This document shows, one piece after another, positions 27,152 through 36,263 of a stretch of DNA of 64,000 bases (position 1 is the stretch's first letter; every line of letters starts with the position of its first letter). The translations under genes were made by a program, and so were the position numbers. The notes beneath the pieces were generated by a model. It had not been told where the DNA came from. It ran no database searches and saw nothing but the letters and a program-made list of their open reading frames with translations. The stretch lies in contig JBGAKC010000026.1 in NCBI GenBank assembly GCA_044224605.1, positions 3,973 through 67,972 of the forward strand. Reading direction: 5' to 3'. Origin of the DNA: Hyphomonadaceae bacterium (GTDB taxonomy: Bacteria > Pseudomonadota > Alphaproteobacteria > Caulobacterales > Hyphomonadaceae).

Positions 27152-27844
27152 TCAGGCCGCGGCGGGATCCACTTCGCCACGCTTCTCCCGGTAGCGGATC
27201 ATCGCCGACACAGCGACGGCGCCGATCATCTTACCGATGATGAAGAACACCCAGTTTGCGGCAGTGAACATTTCGCCCGGCGGATTGCCCTGTGATTGCT
27301 GCGCAAGGTCTGCGCCGAACAGGAAGACGGTCGTATCGATTGGCGCAGCCAGTGCGCTCGACAGGAGGATGCGTGTCGACAGCCGGTATTTGGTGAAGGT
27401 GAAGATCAGCCAGTCAGAGGTTTCCGAGATCGCGAAGGCGATGCCGGAGGCCAGCGCAATCGCCGGGAACGAATAGTAGAACGACCAGCCGATCGCGAGC
27501 GCCATCAGAATGAGCACGCGATGGCCCATCTCACGCTGCACAAAGTCGCGCACGACGAAGACCATGCCGGTCGCGATGGTCAGCGGGTTGAAGATGATCG
27601 CATGTTCAGCCCCGAATAAGCCGCCGAACATCGGCGTCAGGTCGACCTTGGGGATTTCCGGCCTGCCGAAGGTCCAGTTCAGGAAAGGGATCAACGCCAC
27701 ATACATATAGGCCCAGGCGCGACCCTTAAGAAACCAGATCGCCACGCCTGTGACGACCAGCGCGGCCATGACGATCGGCAAGTGTGAAGGGTCGCGGGCG
27801 GCAATCGCCTTCACGAACTCGTCCCAGAAGGCTTCCATGCCCAA
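27152..27844 (-). CDS. VUT/YhhQ family (queuosine-precursor transporter-like, DUF165) membrane protein
   Basis: Multi-TM protein. Segments IPFLNWTFG and ISETSDWLIFTFTKYRLSTRILLSSALAAPIDTTVFLFG resemble the DUF165 consensus. Confidence 0.75.
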   Translation of the reverse strand: MGMEAFWDEFVKAIAARDPSHLPIVMAALVVTGVAIWFLKGRAWAYMYVALIPFLNWTFGRPEIPKVDLTPMFGGLFGAEHAIIFNPLTIATGMVFVVRDFVQREMGHRVLILMALAIGWSFYYSFPAIALASGIAFAISETSDWLIFTFTKYRLSTRILLSSALAAPIDTTVFLFGADLAQQSQGNPPGEMFTAANWVFFIIGKMIGAVAVSAMIRYREKRGEVDPAAA

Positions 27845-27940
27845 CCCACTCTATCCACTTGCACCAGCGGCCGAACGAGGGTTCGACTGCGCCGTCCCGG
27901 CGCCCGCATACTGCATTTCGCCGTCATTACAGAGTCCTGC

Positions 27941-28486
27941 ATGTCATCGTCCACCTTTCCTGTCAGCAATGACCAGATCGGCGTCCGCATTGTCGCCGCG
28001 ATAGGCAGGCGAGGGGAGCTGGGGCTCAACAACCGGCTTCTGTTCCGGCTCAAGGCCGACATGGCCAATTTCCGGAAGGTCACGGCGAAGACGCCGCTGG
28101 TGATGGGTCGCAAGACCTGGGAGAGCTTTCCCAAGCGCCCCCTTCCGGGGCGGCCCAATATCATCGCCACCCGCAACCTCGCCTTCGAGGCGCCGGGCGC
28201 TCATGTCTTCTCCAGCCTGCCGCCGGCGTTGGCGGCGGCGCGCGCCATGGCGGCGCAAGCTGGCGTGTCGGAAGTTTCCATTCTCGGCGGCGCTGAGATC
28301 TATGCGGCCGCTCTTGGCGTCGCGACACACATGAGTCTCACCGAAGTCGATGCCGAGCGCGAGGCAAGCGTCTTTTTTCCCGCGTTCGACCGCTCGGAGT
28401 GGCGAGAGCTTTCTGCGACCCACATTCCGGCGGATGAGAACAACGAGGCGGCTTTCGTGATCCGCGATCTCGAGCGGGTCCGCTGA
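27941..28486 (+). CDS. folA: Dihydrofolate reductase
   Basis: IVAAIGRRGELGLNNRLLFRLKADMANFRKVTAKTPLVMGRKTWESFP is the classical DHFR N-terminal half. Confidence 0.92.
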   Translation: MSSSTFPVSNDQIGVRIVAAIGRRGELGLNNRLLFRLKADMANFRKVTAKTPLVMGRKTWESFPKRPLPGRPNIIATRNLAFEAPGAHVFSSLPPALAAARAMAAQAGVSEVSILGGAEIYAAALGVATHMSLTEVDAEREASVFFPAFDRSEWRELSATHIPADENNEAAFVIRDLERVR

Positions 28487-28527
28487 ATTTGGTCGGCGGC
28501 GAACGATAGGTTAGGTTCGCGACGACC

Positions 28528-30258
28528 ATGGAGGATCTGATGCGGCGGCTGGTACTCATTGCAACGCTCGTAACGACAGCCTGCGCCGCGGCGAGTTCCG
28601 CAGTCGTGACGCCGATCCCGCCGCTAATGCCGTCCGAAGGCATCACACGCGAAACGCTTCTGGCGATCACATCGCTCTGCTCGGCGGAGGCGACAGATGG
28701 TGCGCGGCCGAACCCCGATCTCAAGCTCGCGGGCGGAATGGGAACGGGCGGCTTCAAGGTCGATAGCGACGTGAAGGAAGCACAGGACTGGTTCGACTAT
28801 GGTCTCGCCCTGAGCCACGCCTTCTATCACGAGGACGCAAAAGTCGCGATGCAGCGCTCGGCCAAGGCCGATCCCACATGTTCGCTCTGCGCGTGGGGCG
28901 AAGCCTGGGTGCTCGGGCCAACGCTCAACTATGGTATCGACGAAGATGGTCGGAAGGCTGCACTCGAAGCTGCCCTGCGCGCGCAGAAGCTCGTGCGGCC
29001 CGGCGACGCAAAGGCGCAGCGCCTCGCTGATGCGATTGTCGCACGCTATGCCGACAAGTCCGCCGCCGTCGGTGGAAACACGAACGTGCTGGGCGGCCCG
29101 AAGGCCGGGGAAGGGCAGACAGAGCCCGCCTTTGGTCAGGCGATGGCGAAGATCGCGGCCGATTATCCCGGCGAGCCGGAGCTTGCCGTGCTGGCGGCGC
29201 ACAGCCTGCTAATTCCCGTGCGTGGCGACGACAAGCAGGGTCTCAAGCCGGCGCTTGCCCTGCTCGAGCGTGTGCTCAAGGATCATCCGGATGACACTGG
29301 AGCGATCCACTACTTCATCCACGGCTCTGAGTTCGATGGACGCGCAGAGGATGCGATCGCCTATGCTGAACGCCTCGGTCGCCTGGCGCCTGCTGCGAGT
29401 CATCTCGTGCACATGCCCGCACACACGCTGTTCCATGCGGGTCGCTACGAAGAAGCTGCGGTCGTGAACGCGCAGGCGATCGAGGCGGATACGAGCTGGA
29501 TCAGGGCAGGCGGCAATCCCAACGCGCCAAAGGGCAAGCCGACCGACCTGCCGATGTACTACGCGCACAACCTCGCCTTTGGCCTGGCGGGCTCGCTCAT
29601 GTCCGGCGATGGCGAACTCGCGCTGCGCTATGCCGAGCACGCGACGAAGGCCTATCCGGATCAAGGCCCAGCCATGCGCGGAAACCCGACGGCTCGCACC
29701 TATGTCGCGCTTGCGCTCTATGCACCCGACCGGATGCTTGCGCTGCCTGAAAGCGCGCAGACAGATCTCAAGTTCAAGCTGTATCGCGCCTATGGCCGTG
29801 GCGAAGCGCTGTTGCGTCGCGGCGATGCAGCCGGCGCGCGTCGGGAGCTTGATGTCCTGCGCAACCTCAAGCTCGACAGCGCCGAAAAGACGATCGCGAC
29901 CCTTGTCCTCGACGGCCGTCTCGCCATGGCCGAGGGTAATTACCCAAAGGCCGCTCGCGCATTCGAGCAGGCTACGAAAACCCAGATGGCCCGCGAGCAG
30001 TACATGGACCCGCCGGAGTGGTGGTATCCCGTCCGTCGCTCCGTCGCTGCCGCCTGGCTGAAGGACAAGAACTTCACCAAGGCGGAAGCAGAGGCGTCCG
30101 CTTCGCTCAAGGTCTGGAAGAATGACCCGCTCGCACTCTGGGTGCTTGGCAAGGCGCAGATCGGGCTGGGTCGCGCTGGGGAAGGTGAAGCATCCCTCGT
30201 CAAAGCCAGGTCTTTGTGGCTGGGCGACTTCGACAGCATCGCGCCCGAGGCGATCTGA
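28528..30258 (+). CDS. TPR-like helical-repeat lipoprotein, function unknown
   Basis: Signal plus lipobox (LVLIATLVTTAC). Long alpha-helical repeat sequence with TPR-like A/L/Y spacing. Confidence 0.68.
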   Translation: MEDLMRRLVLIATLVTTACAAASSAVVTPIPPLMPSEGITRETLLAITSLCSAEATDGARPNPDLKLAGGMGTGGFKVDSDVKEAQDWFDYGLALSHAFYHEDAKVAMQRSAKADPTCSLCAWGEAWVLGPTLNYGIDEDGRKAALEAALRAQKLVRPGDAKAQRLADAIVARYADKSAAVGGNTNVLGGPKAGEGQTEPAFGQAMAKIAADYPGEPELAVLAAHSLLIPVRGDDKQGLKPALALLERVLKDHPDDTGAIHYFIHGSEFDGRAEDAIAYAERLGRLAPAASHLVHMPAHTLFHAGRYEEAAVVNAQAIEADTSWIRAGGNPNAPKGKPTDLPMYYAHNLAFGLAGSLMSGDGELALRYAEHATKAYPDQGPAMRGNPTARTYVALALYAPDRMLALPESAQTDLKFKLYRAYGRGEALLRRGDAAGARRELDVLRNLKLDSAEKTIATLVLDGRLAMAEGNYPKAARAFEQATKTQMAREQYMDPPEWWYPVRRSVAAAWLKDKNFTKAEAEASASLKVWKNDPLALWVLGKAQIGLGRAGEGEASLVKARSLWLGDFDSIAPEAI

Positions 30259-30733
30259 CGATTCTGCGTTCCAGATTTCGCTTCACCGGAGGTCAGGGCG
30301 CCGCTTTCGTGAGGGCGCCGTAGCGTGACTTCGGCATTTCTGAAAAAATTTTTGACGGTGTCACATTTTAACTCGTTTGCTGCACCGCGTTAGAAACTCG
30401 CGCATGCTGAATCACGCAGCTCTTTTTTTGAAGCCTGAGTATCCCGACATTCCGTTACGGCTTCCGTAGCGGCCAACACACACTGTTGCGGTAAACCCAC
30501 CTAGCTTTGGAGAGCGACCGAAGAGGGCGGTACGCATGCGGCGCTGCACCGTGACGTTCGCGGAAGGCGCCTGAGCCTGAATTTTGGGCGGGTCCCACAG
30601 CGTTGACGCTCACGAACACTATAAGCAGGGTCACGTTTGCGCGCGCTGGGGGAACAATATGCCAGCGCAGCGCCGGCGTCAGAAATACACAAAGGACGCT
30701 GCGGGAGGATCGCTGCCAGGGAGGACGCGTCGT

Positions 30734-33613
30734 ATGGCGCAGCTTAATCGTATTTCACTCGTCAGTCTCATAGCGCTTGGCCTGGCTATGCCAGCCATGG
30801 CGCAGAACGCCTCGGGACCACAGCCTGCGCCGCAAGCGCCGCCGGAGGATGAAAAAGCGGAACGCGGCCGCGATGTGGTCGTGGTTACCGCGCAAAAACG
30901 CGAAGAGACCGTGCAGGACATCGCGGTGGCCGTGACCGCCATCACCGATGAGATGCGCGACCAGATTGGTCTGACGACCGTGCAGGACTACACCAACTTT
31001 GCACCGGGCCTGTCCTATTCGACCGCGAGCGACCGCCTCGGCATGCGCGGCGTGACGCGTACCTCCAACAACTTCGGTATCCGCTCCGGCATCTCGAACT
31101 ATGTCGACGGCGTCTACTTCTCCTCCGCCATCCCGGCCAGCCGCGAACCGATCTTCGTCGATCGTGTCGAGGTCGTGCGTGGCCCGCAAGGCACCCTCTA
31201 CGGCCGCGACTCGATCGGCGGCGCGCTCAACGTCATCACCAAGCGCCCGACGGAAGAGTTCGAGGGCCAGGTGAACATGCAGTACGGCAACTACGACACG
31301 CTCGGCGTGGCGACCACGCTCGCCGGACCGATCACGGACTGGATGCGCTATCGTGTCGGCTACTCACGCCAGGCGCAGAACGAAGGCTTCCTCACCAACT
31401 ATTCGGGTCTGACCACCGAAGGCGGCCGCAAGGACGACACATACATCGAAGGTCAGCTTGAGTTCGACATCGGCGATGATATCGACCTGTGGATTCGCGC
31501 AGGCTCGCTGAACTGGGACGTTCGCTACGGCGCTCCAGGCGCCCGTACCGGCGCGGACGACCCCTATCCCTACAACCAGCGCTTTTTCAACTCGACCGCT
31601 GAACTTGGTCCCAACGGCTGGTTCGGTCTTGCCGATCCGGGAAGAGTTCAGGTCGGCACGCAGACCACCAACCCGGCGCTCACCGACCGGTATGCCTTCA
31701 ACACCGACTTCTCGAACTTCGCCCGCCTGTCGCCGACTTCAGAGCTCGCGACCGAATTGATCTGGCACGCCGACAATTTCGACATCAAATATCTCGGCGG
31801 CTATGTCTGGTATCACTACAACCTGCAAGAGGATCAGGACGGCACGTCGGTGAAGAGCTTCACCTGCACGCCGGCCATGGCGGTTTACGGTTGCCTGTCC
31901 GGCTACAACTACGCCACCGAGCGCGTCTCGGACTACAACGAGAACCGCGCTTGGTTCTCGAATGAGGTCAACTTCATCTCGACCTGGGATGGACCTCTGC
32001 AGGTCGTCGCCGGTCTTTACCAGTACCAGGAGAACTACAACCAGATCATCTTCGTGGATCAGCTCCGCGATCCGGGTGGTCCGATCTCCAACGCGCTCTC
32101 GCCCACGATTGCATCGCTCACCACGATCCAGCCGACCAACACGGGACGCTATATCAACTCCGGCGCACTCCACCCCGGCGCGTCGCTGATGTTCCGCACG
32201 AACAACCAGGGCCTCAACAACGCCTATGGCGCGTTCGCGCAGACCGACTGGCAGCTCAACGATCAGTGGAAACTGACCGCTGGCATTCGCTGGTCGAAAG
32301 ACCTGTCGAACACGCGTGAATACGCACGCGTGATCAACCACTACACGCTCGCCGGCCTTTTCGGACTTCTTCCGTTCGGCATCAGCAGGATGGATGTGAC
32401 CGGCACGCTCGGCGGGCCTGACCCGACGACGGTTTCGGCGTCCAACCCCCTTGGCAACGCCGCCAAAGGCGTCGTCAATGCGAATCCGACGGCCACGGAC
32501 AAGAGCCGGTACGGCATCTACTACGATGCCTACGGCAACAGCTACCGCGACCTCGCCGCTTCATGGGAAGAGGTCACTGGCGTCCTCGGCGTCGACTGGA
32601 CGCCGGACGACGACACGCTGATCTACGGCAAGTACAATCGCGGCTACAAGCCGGGCGGCCTTGGCTGCGCGGCGACGTTCTGCACGCAGGTTGCAACGCC
32701 CTACACCGACAAGGAGCTGGTCGACGCCTTCGAACTCGGCTTCAAGCGCGAGTGGACGGACTGGAACCTCACCACCAACGCGGTGCTGTTCTATTACGAC
32801 TACAATGGCTACCAGGTCTCGAACACGATCGTGCCGGATGACCCGGATGGCTCGGGTCCGCTGCCGCGGCCGCCGGCCTATGCTTCCTATGTCAACCTGC
32901 CGCAAACCAAGACGACAGGCTTCGAACTCGAGACGATCTGGTATCCGACGGACAATTTCCGGCTCTTGTTCAACTACGGTTACACGAACCCGGAAATCGG
33001 CGAGTCGCCTTCGCTGGTTCATGCGCTTGACCCGTATGCACTCGACCCGGCGGCCCAGCCGCAGGGACCCGAGGCGTGCACGTCCACACCGGCGGCTGCG
33101 AACCCCAACGTTCCCAATCCGAACTGCGTGGGCGTTCAGGGCCAGTCGCTGGATGGCAACATCCTGCCGTTCAGCCCCAAGAATAAGATCGCCCTCAACG
33201 GCGTCTACACCTGGGACTTCGAGGACGGCTCCAAGATTGACGCCTCGCTCAGCTACTTCTGGCAGGACATCGCATTCAGCTCGATCTTCAACCGCAGCTA
33301 CACCAAGATCCCGGCTTGGGATCAGACGGATGGCCGCGTGAGCTGGACCAGCGCTGACGGCAACTTCACGCTGATCGGCTTCGTCCGGAACATGTTCGAC
33401 GAGATCCAGTACGACAGCCGCGGTTCGGGTTTGCGCGAAGCTGCTGCAGTGGGCACGCCCGGCAATGGCCGCATCGTGTCGCCGACGGAGTGCTATACGA
33501 CCCCGGGAACCACGGCTGCGTTCGGCCTTCCGTCAGCGAACTCCTGCTATACGGTCGGAGAAAGGCTTCGCCCGCCGCGGACATGGGGTGTGGAACTCCA
33601 GGTCCGGTTCTAA
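30734..33613 (+). CDS. TonB-dependent receptor (959 aa)
   Basis: Signal MAQLNRISLVSLIALGLAMPAMAQ. Plug domain (VVVTAQKREETVQDIAVAVTAI...VEVVRGPQGTLYGRDSIGGALNVITKRP). C-terminal aromatic residue (ELQVRF). Start at the Met at 30734. Confidence 0.93.
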   Translation: MAQLNRISLVSLIALGLAMPAMAQNASGPQPAPQAPPEDEKAERGRDVVVVTAQKREETVQDIAVAVTAITDEMRDQIGLTTVQDYTNFAPGLSYSTASDRLGMRGVTRTSNNFGIRSGISNYVDGVYFSSAIPASREPIFVDRVEVVRGPQGTLYGRDSIGGALNVITKRPTEEFEGQVNMQYGNYDTLGVATTLAGPITDWMRYRVGYSRQAQNEGFLTNYSGLTTEGGRKDDTYIEGQLEFDIGDDIDLWIRAGSLNWDVRYGAPGARTGADDPYPYNQRFFNSTAELGPNGWFGLADPGRVQVGTQTTNPALTDRYAFNTDFSNFARLSPTSELATELIWHADNFDIKYLGGYVWYHYNLQEDQDGTSVKSFTCTPAMAVYGCLSGYNYATERVSDYNENRAWFSNEVNFISTWDGPLQVVAGLYQYQENYNQIIFVDQLRDPGGPISNALSPTIASLTTIQPTNTGRYINSGALHPGASLMFRTNNQGLNNAYGAFAQTDWQLNDQWKLTAGIRWSKDLSNTREYARVINHYTLAGLFGLLPFGISRMDVTGTLGGPDPTTVSASNPLGNAAKGVVNANPTATDKSRYGIYYDAYGNSYRDLAASWEEVTGVLGVDWTPDDDTLIYGKYNRGYKPGGLGCAATFCTQVATPYTDKELVDAFELGFKREWTDWNLTTNAVLFYYDYNGYQVSNTIVPDDPDGSGPLPRPPAYASYVNLPQTKTTGFELETIWYPTDNFRLLFNYGYTNPEIGESPSLVHALDPYALDPAAQPQGPEACTSTPAAANPNVPNPNCVGVQGQSLDGNILPFSPKNKIALNGVYTWDFEDGSKIDASLSYFWQDIAFSSIFNRSYTKIPAWDQTDGRVSWTSADGNFTLIGFVRNMFDEIQYDSRGSGLREAAAVGTPGNGRIVSPTECYTTPGTTAAFGLPSANSCYTVGERLRPPRTWGVELQVRF

Positions 33614-33657
33614 TCCAAGTTTACCCCAATGGCGGTGCTCCCGCTCGTTGGATCCCT

Positions 33658-33692
33658 GGCGCCGGCCCTCACAGGCCGGCGCTTTTTCTTTG
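33658..33692 (+). terminator. Rho-independent terminator of the TonB-dependent receptor gene
   Basis: GGCGCCGGCC-CTCACA-GGCCGGCGC followed by TTTTTCTTTG. Confidence 0.85.
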
Positions 33693-33816
33693 TGGGCAGG
33701 GGCGGGCCGGATCGAACAACAATAGTGAAGACGGGACATCAATACTGGCCGGGCCCGCCTCGCGCAGGCCGGTGCTCATAGCTTCGCTATGAAGACGTTA
33801 TGATGATTATGATGGG

Positions 33817-34554
33817 TTAGGAGGACGCCTCGGCGGCTTTCATCTTCTCGACTTCGGCCTTGCGGCGCTTCCAGTCGGCCTCCATCGCCTTGCGCCATTT
33901 CACGCGCATGACCGCCGGGCGCTCGGGATAGCGCTCGTCCAGCACCACGGCGTTGACGATACGATCAGAGCGGAAGGAGCGGAAATCCTTCCGCGTCTCG
34001 CACCAGGCGCAGATGATGCGTGTGGTTTCGTAATAGCCGAGCAGGATCGGCCATATCACGCGCGCAGTCGCGCGACCTTCGACGTCACGATAGTCGAGCT
34101 TCATCTTGCGCGCGCCGTTGATCGCGCCGCGCACTAATCCGAGATCGATCGCATCCTTCGCTCGATCCCAAGCCGGGACGACGCGGTGGGCGGGGTCGTC
34201 GATATAGGGACGCAGGCGCTCCGGGATGCTCGCTTCGATCTTGGCGAGCAGGTCGCGCGCAGCTTTCGACAGTTGCGGGTCGCCGCGGTTGATCACCCAT
34301 TGCGCGCCGAGCACGGCGGCCTCGATCTCGTCCGTCGTCAGCATGAGCGGCGGCATGTCGAGGCCCTTGTCGAGCACATAGCCGATGCCCGCCTCGCCAC
34401 GGATGGGCACGCGTTGCGCAAGAAGCGCTGCGATGTCGCGATAGACGGAGCGTTTCGATGTCTCCAATTCGGCGGCCATCGCATCCGCCGTCACGGGCTT
34501 CTTCGAGCGCCGCAGGATCTGAATGATCTCGAAAAGACGGTCTGCTTTCCGCAT
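33817..34554 (-). CDS. YafY-family transcriptional regulator (HTH + WYL domain)
   Basis: MRKADRLFEIIQILRRSKKPVTADAMAAELETSKRSVYRDIAAL is the canonical YafY N-terminus. C-terminal WYL-like part (LDYRDVEGRATARVIWP). Confidence 0.9.
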   Translation of the reverse strand: MRKADRLFEIIQILRRSKKPVTADAMAAELETSKRSVYRDIAALLAQRVPIRGEAGIGYVLDKGLDMPPLMLTTDEIEAAVLGAQWVINRGDPQLSKAARDLLAKIEASIPERLRPYIDDPAHRVVPAWDRAKDAIDLGLVRGAINGARKMKLDYRDVEGRATARVIWPILLGYYETTRIICAWCETRKDFRSFRSDRIVNAVVLDERYPERPAVMRVKWRKAMEADWKRRKAEVEKMKAAEASS

Positions 34555-34675
34555 GTTTTCGTCTCCCCCGGCAGCCCCGAAATCCTGCTGACAGGATGCT
34601 GTCAGCAGCCGTCTGGCATCTATGTGTCATCAGGATGCGAGAGGCAAGGGAGCCTCTCAGACGAAGGAGATCGGG

Positions 34676-35416
34676 ATGATCGTTCTTTCCGGCGGCGGCG
34701 CGAAATTCGGTCTTCCAGAACTCAGCCCCTATGTGACCAAGACGGAAGTGCAGCTGCGCATGGCGGGGCTTGGCTACGAGAAGCGCCAGGCGAACCCGGC
34801 GCAGGGCCCGAAGGGGCAGATCCCGTTCATCGACGACGATGGCCGCCTGATCGGCGACAGCGCCTTTATCCGCCTGCACATCGAGCGCGAGTATAGCGTC
34901 GATCTCGATCAGGGTCTCACGCCGCTCGAACGGGCAACGGCCTTCGCCATCGAACTGGCGATCGATCGCGAGCTGGCGCCGGCGGTTACCTATTTCCGCT
35001 GGATGGTTCCCGCGAATTTCGAGAAGGGCCCGGCTGTCTTCTTCAACCAGGTCCCGGCCGAACAGCGGGACGCCTTCAAGAAGGAGATGGTGGAGCGTGT
35101 GCGTGCCAGTTTCATCGCGCGTGGCGTCGGACGGCACACCGAAGAGGAGATCGCGATGCTGGCGCGGCGCTCGTTCGATGCGCTCGAACTGTTCATTGGC
35201 GACAAGCCCTATTTGATGGGTCATGAGCCCTGCGGCGCCGACGCCTTCATCTTCGCGACGCTGGCAGCGGCGATGACGCCATATTTCGACACGCCTGTGC
35301 GCGAAGACGCGATCAGCCGGCCGCGCCTCGTGGCCTATGTCTCGCGCATGATGGATCGCTTCTATCCGGAGTTTGAATGGGATGCCGGGATCAACCCGGA
35401 AAAACAGGCGGCGTAA
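34676..35416 (+). CDS. Glutathione S-transferase family protein (Tom37/FAXC-like N-terminal type)
   Basis: AAGGAGA RBS lies 5 nt before the ATG at 34676. N-terminus LPELSPYVTKTEVQLRMAGL...KGQIPFIDDDGRLIGDSAFI. C-terminal GST helices. Divergent from the YafY gene. Confidence 0.82.
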   Translation: MIVLSGGGAKFGLPELSPYVTKTEVQLRMAGLGYEKRQANPAQGPKGQIPFIDDDGRLIGDSAFIRLHIEREYSVDLDQGLTPLERATAFAIELAIDRELAPAVTYFRWMVPANFEKGPAVFFNQVPAEQRDAFKKEMVERVRASFIARGVGRHTEEEIAMLARRSFDALELFIGDKPYLMGHEPCGADAFIFATLAAAMTPYFDTPVREDAISRPRLVAYVSRMMDRFYPEFEWDAGINPEKQAA

Positions 35417-35476
35417 GACCGTCTCTCCTCCCCGAAGGCCGGCGACAGAACCGGCAAGCCAGACCAGCAAAACGTG

Positions 35477-35521
35477 CGGCGGCCATCATCCCGGAGAAGG
35501 ATGGGGCCGCCGGTTTGTTTT
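35477..35521 (+). terminator. Rho-independent terminator after the GST gene
   Basis: CGGCGGCCATC...GATGGGGCCGCCG stem followed by GTTTGTTTT. Confidence 0.8.
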
Positions 35522-36263
35522 GGAGCGGCTTCGCTCTAGTCTGTAGCGTTCTATCCCGGGGGAACGCATGCGCAGAGCGACACTGCCATCTATCAGTCTT
35601 CTCGCCGCCGCGTGCGGAAAAGCTTCTCCTCCGAAGTCGCCGGGATGCAGCTCCACTCGCTTCCGTGGCGCCGTCAGTCGCATCGGATCCAGCGCCCTTT
35701 ATTCCCTCTCGCGATAGCTGGATCGCGGACATCAGGAGCGATACGGCAAGTCTTCACTTCGGCCATCCGAATTCCGGCTTGATCACATTCACGCGGTGAT
35801 GTGCGCCAAAGTCCGGACAGGGGTCGATCGTCATGCCAACCGCGCCCGAGCCCCTCATCTCGCTTGCCAGCGGAACTCTTGCTGAGACGCTTCCGTCGCG
35901 AATCGAGTCTGGCGGGGGAGAGTGGGACGACTCGCTTGAGACGACGGAGCCGGTCGATCTTTCAGGATCACCATGGCTCAATTTCCGTTGTACCGGCGAA
36001 CTCAAGGCAGCGAGCCCAGGCCGAGATTTCACGTCGCCAACTTCGGAGGAACGCGAGGAGATCGAAGCGTTGTTTGCGGCCGGCGACCGCCAGCCGGTCA
36101 GTTGACGCACGCGTCTGGAGACGCGCCGCCACAGGTTCGACCCATTTCCGCCGGGTCGTCGCCGCGGGTGGCGAATTCCTCCTCGCTCATTGGCGGAACA
36201 TTCGCTTACGCGCGCAGGGGCGATGTGATGGATTGGATGCAACCCGCGCAGACGGAGGCTCCA

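Noticed and set aside
34085-35470. 461-aa ORF on the minus strand
   Set aside because: It overlaps the GST gene (antisense) and the 5' part of the YafY gene out of frame. The Arg-rich artefact composition argues against it.
35568-35717. 49-codon lipobox ORF as a confident gene
   Set aside because: Its codon usage is poor for this genome (many A/T-ending codons) and it has no clear RBS. I kept it only as a candidate within the unassigned-region finding.
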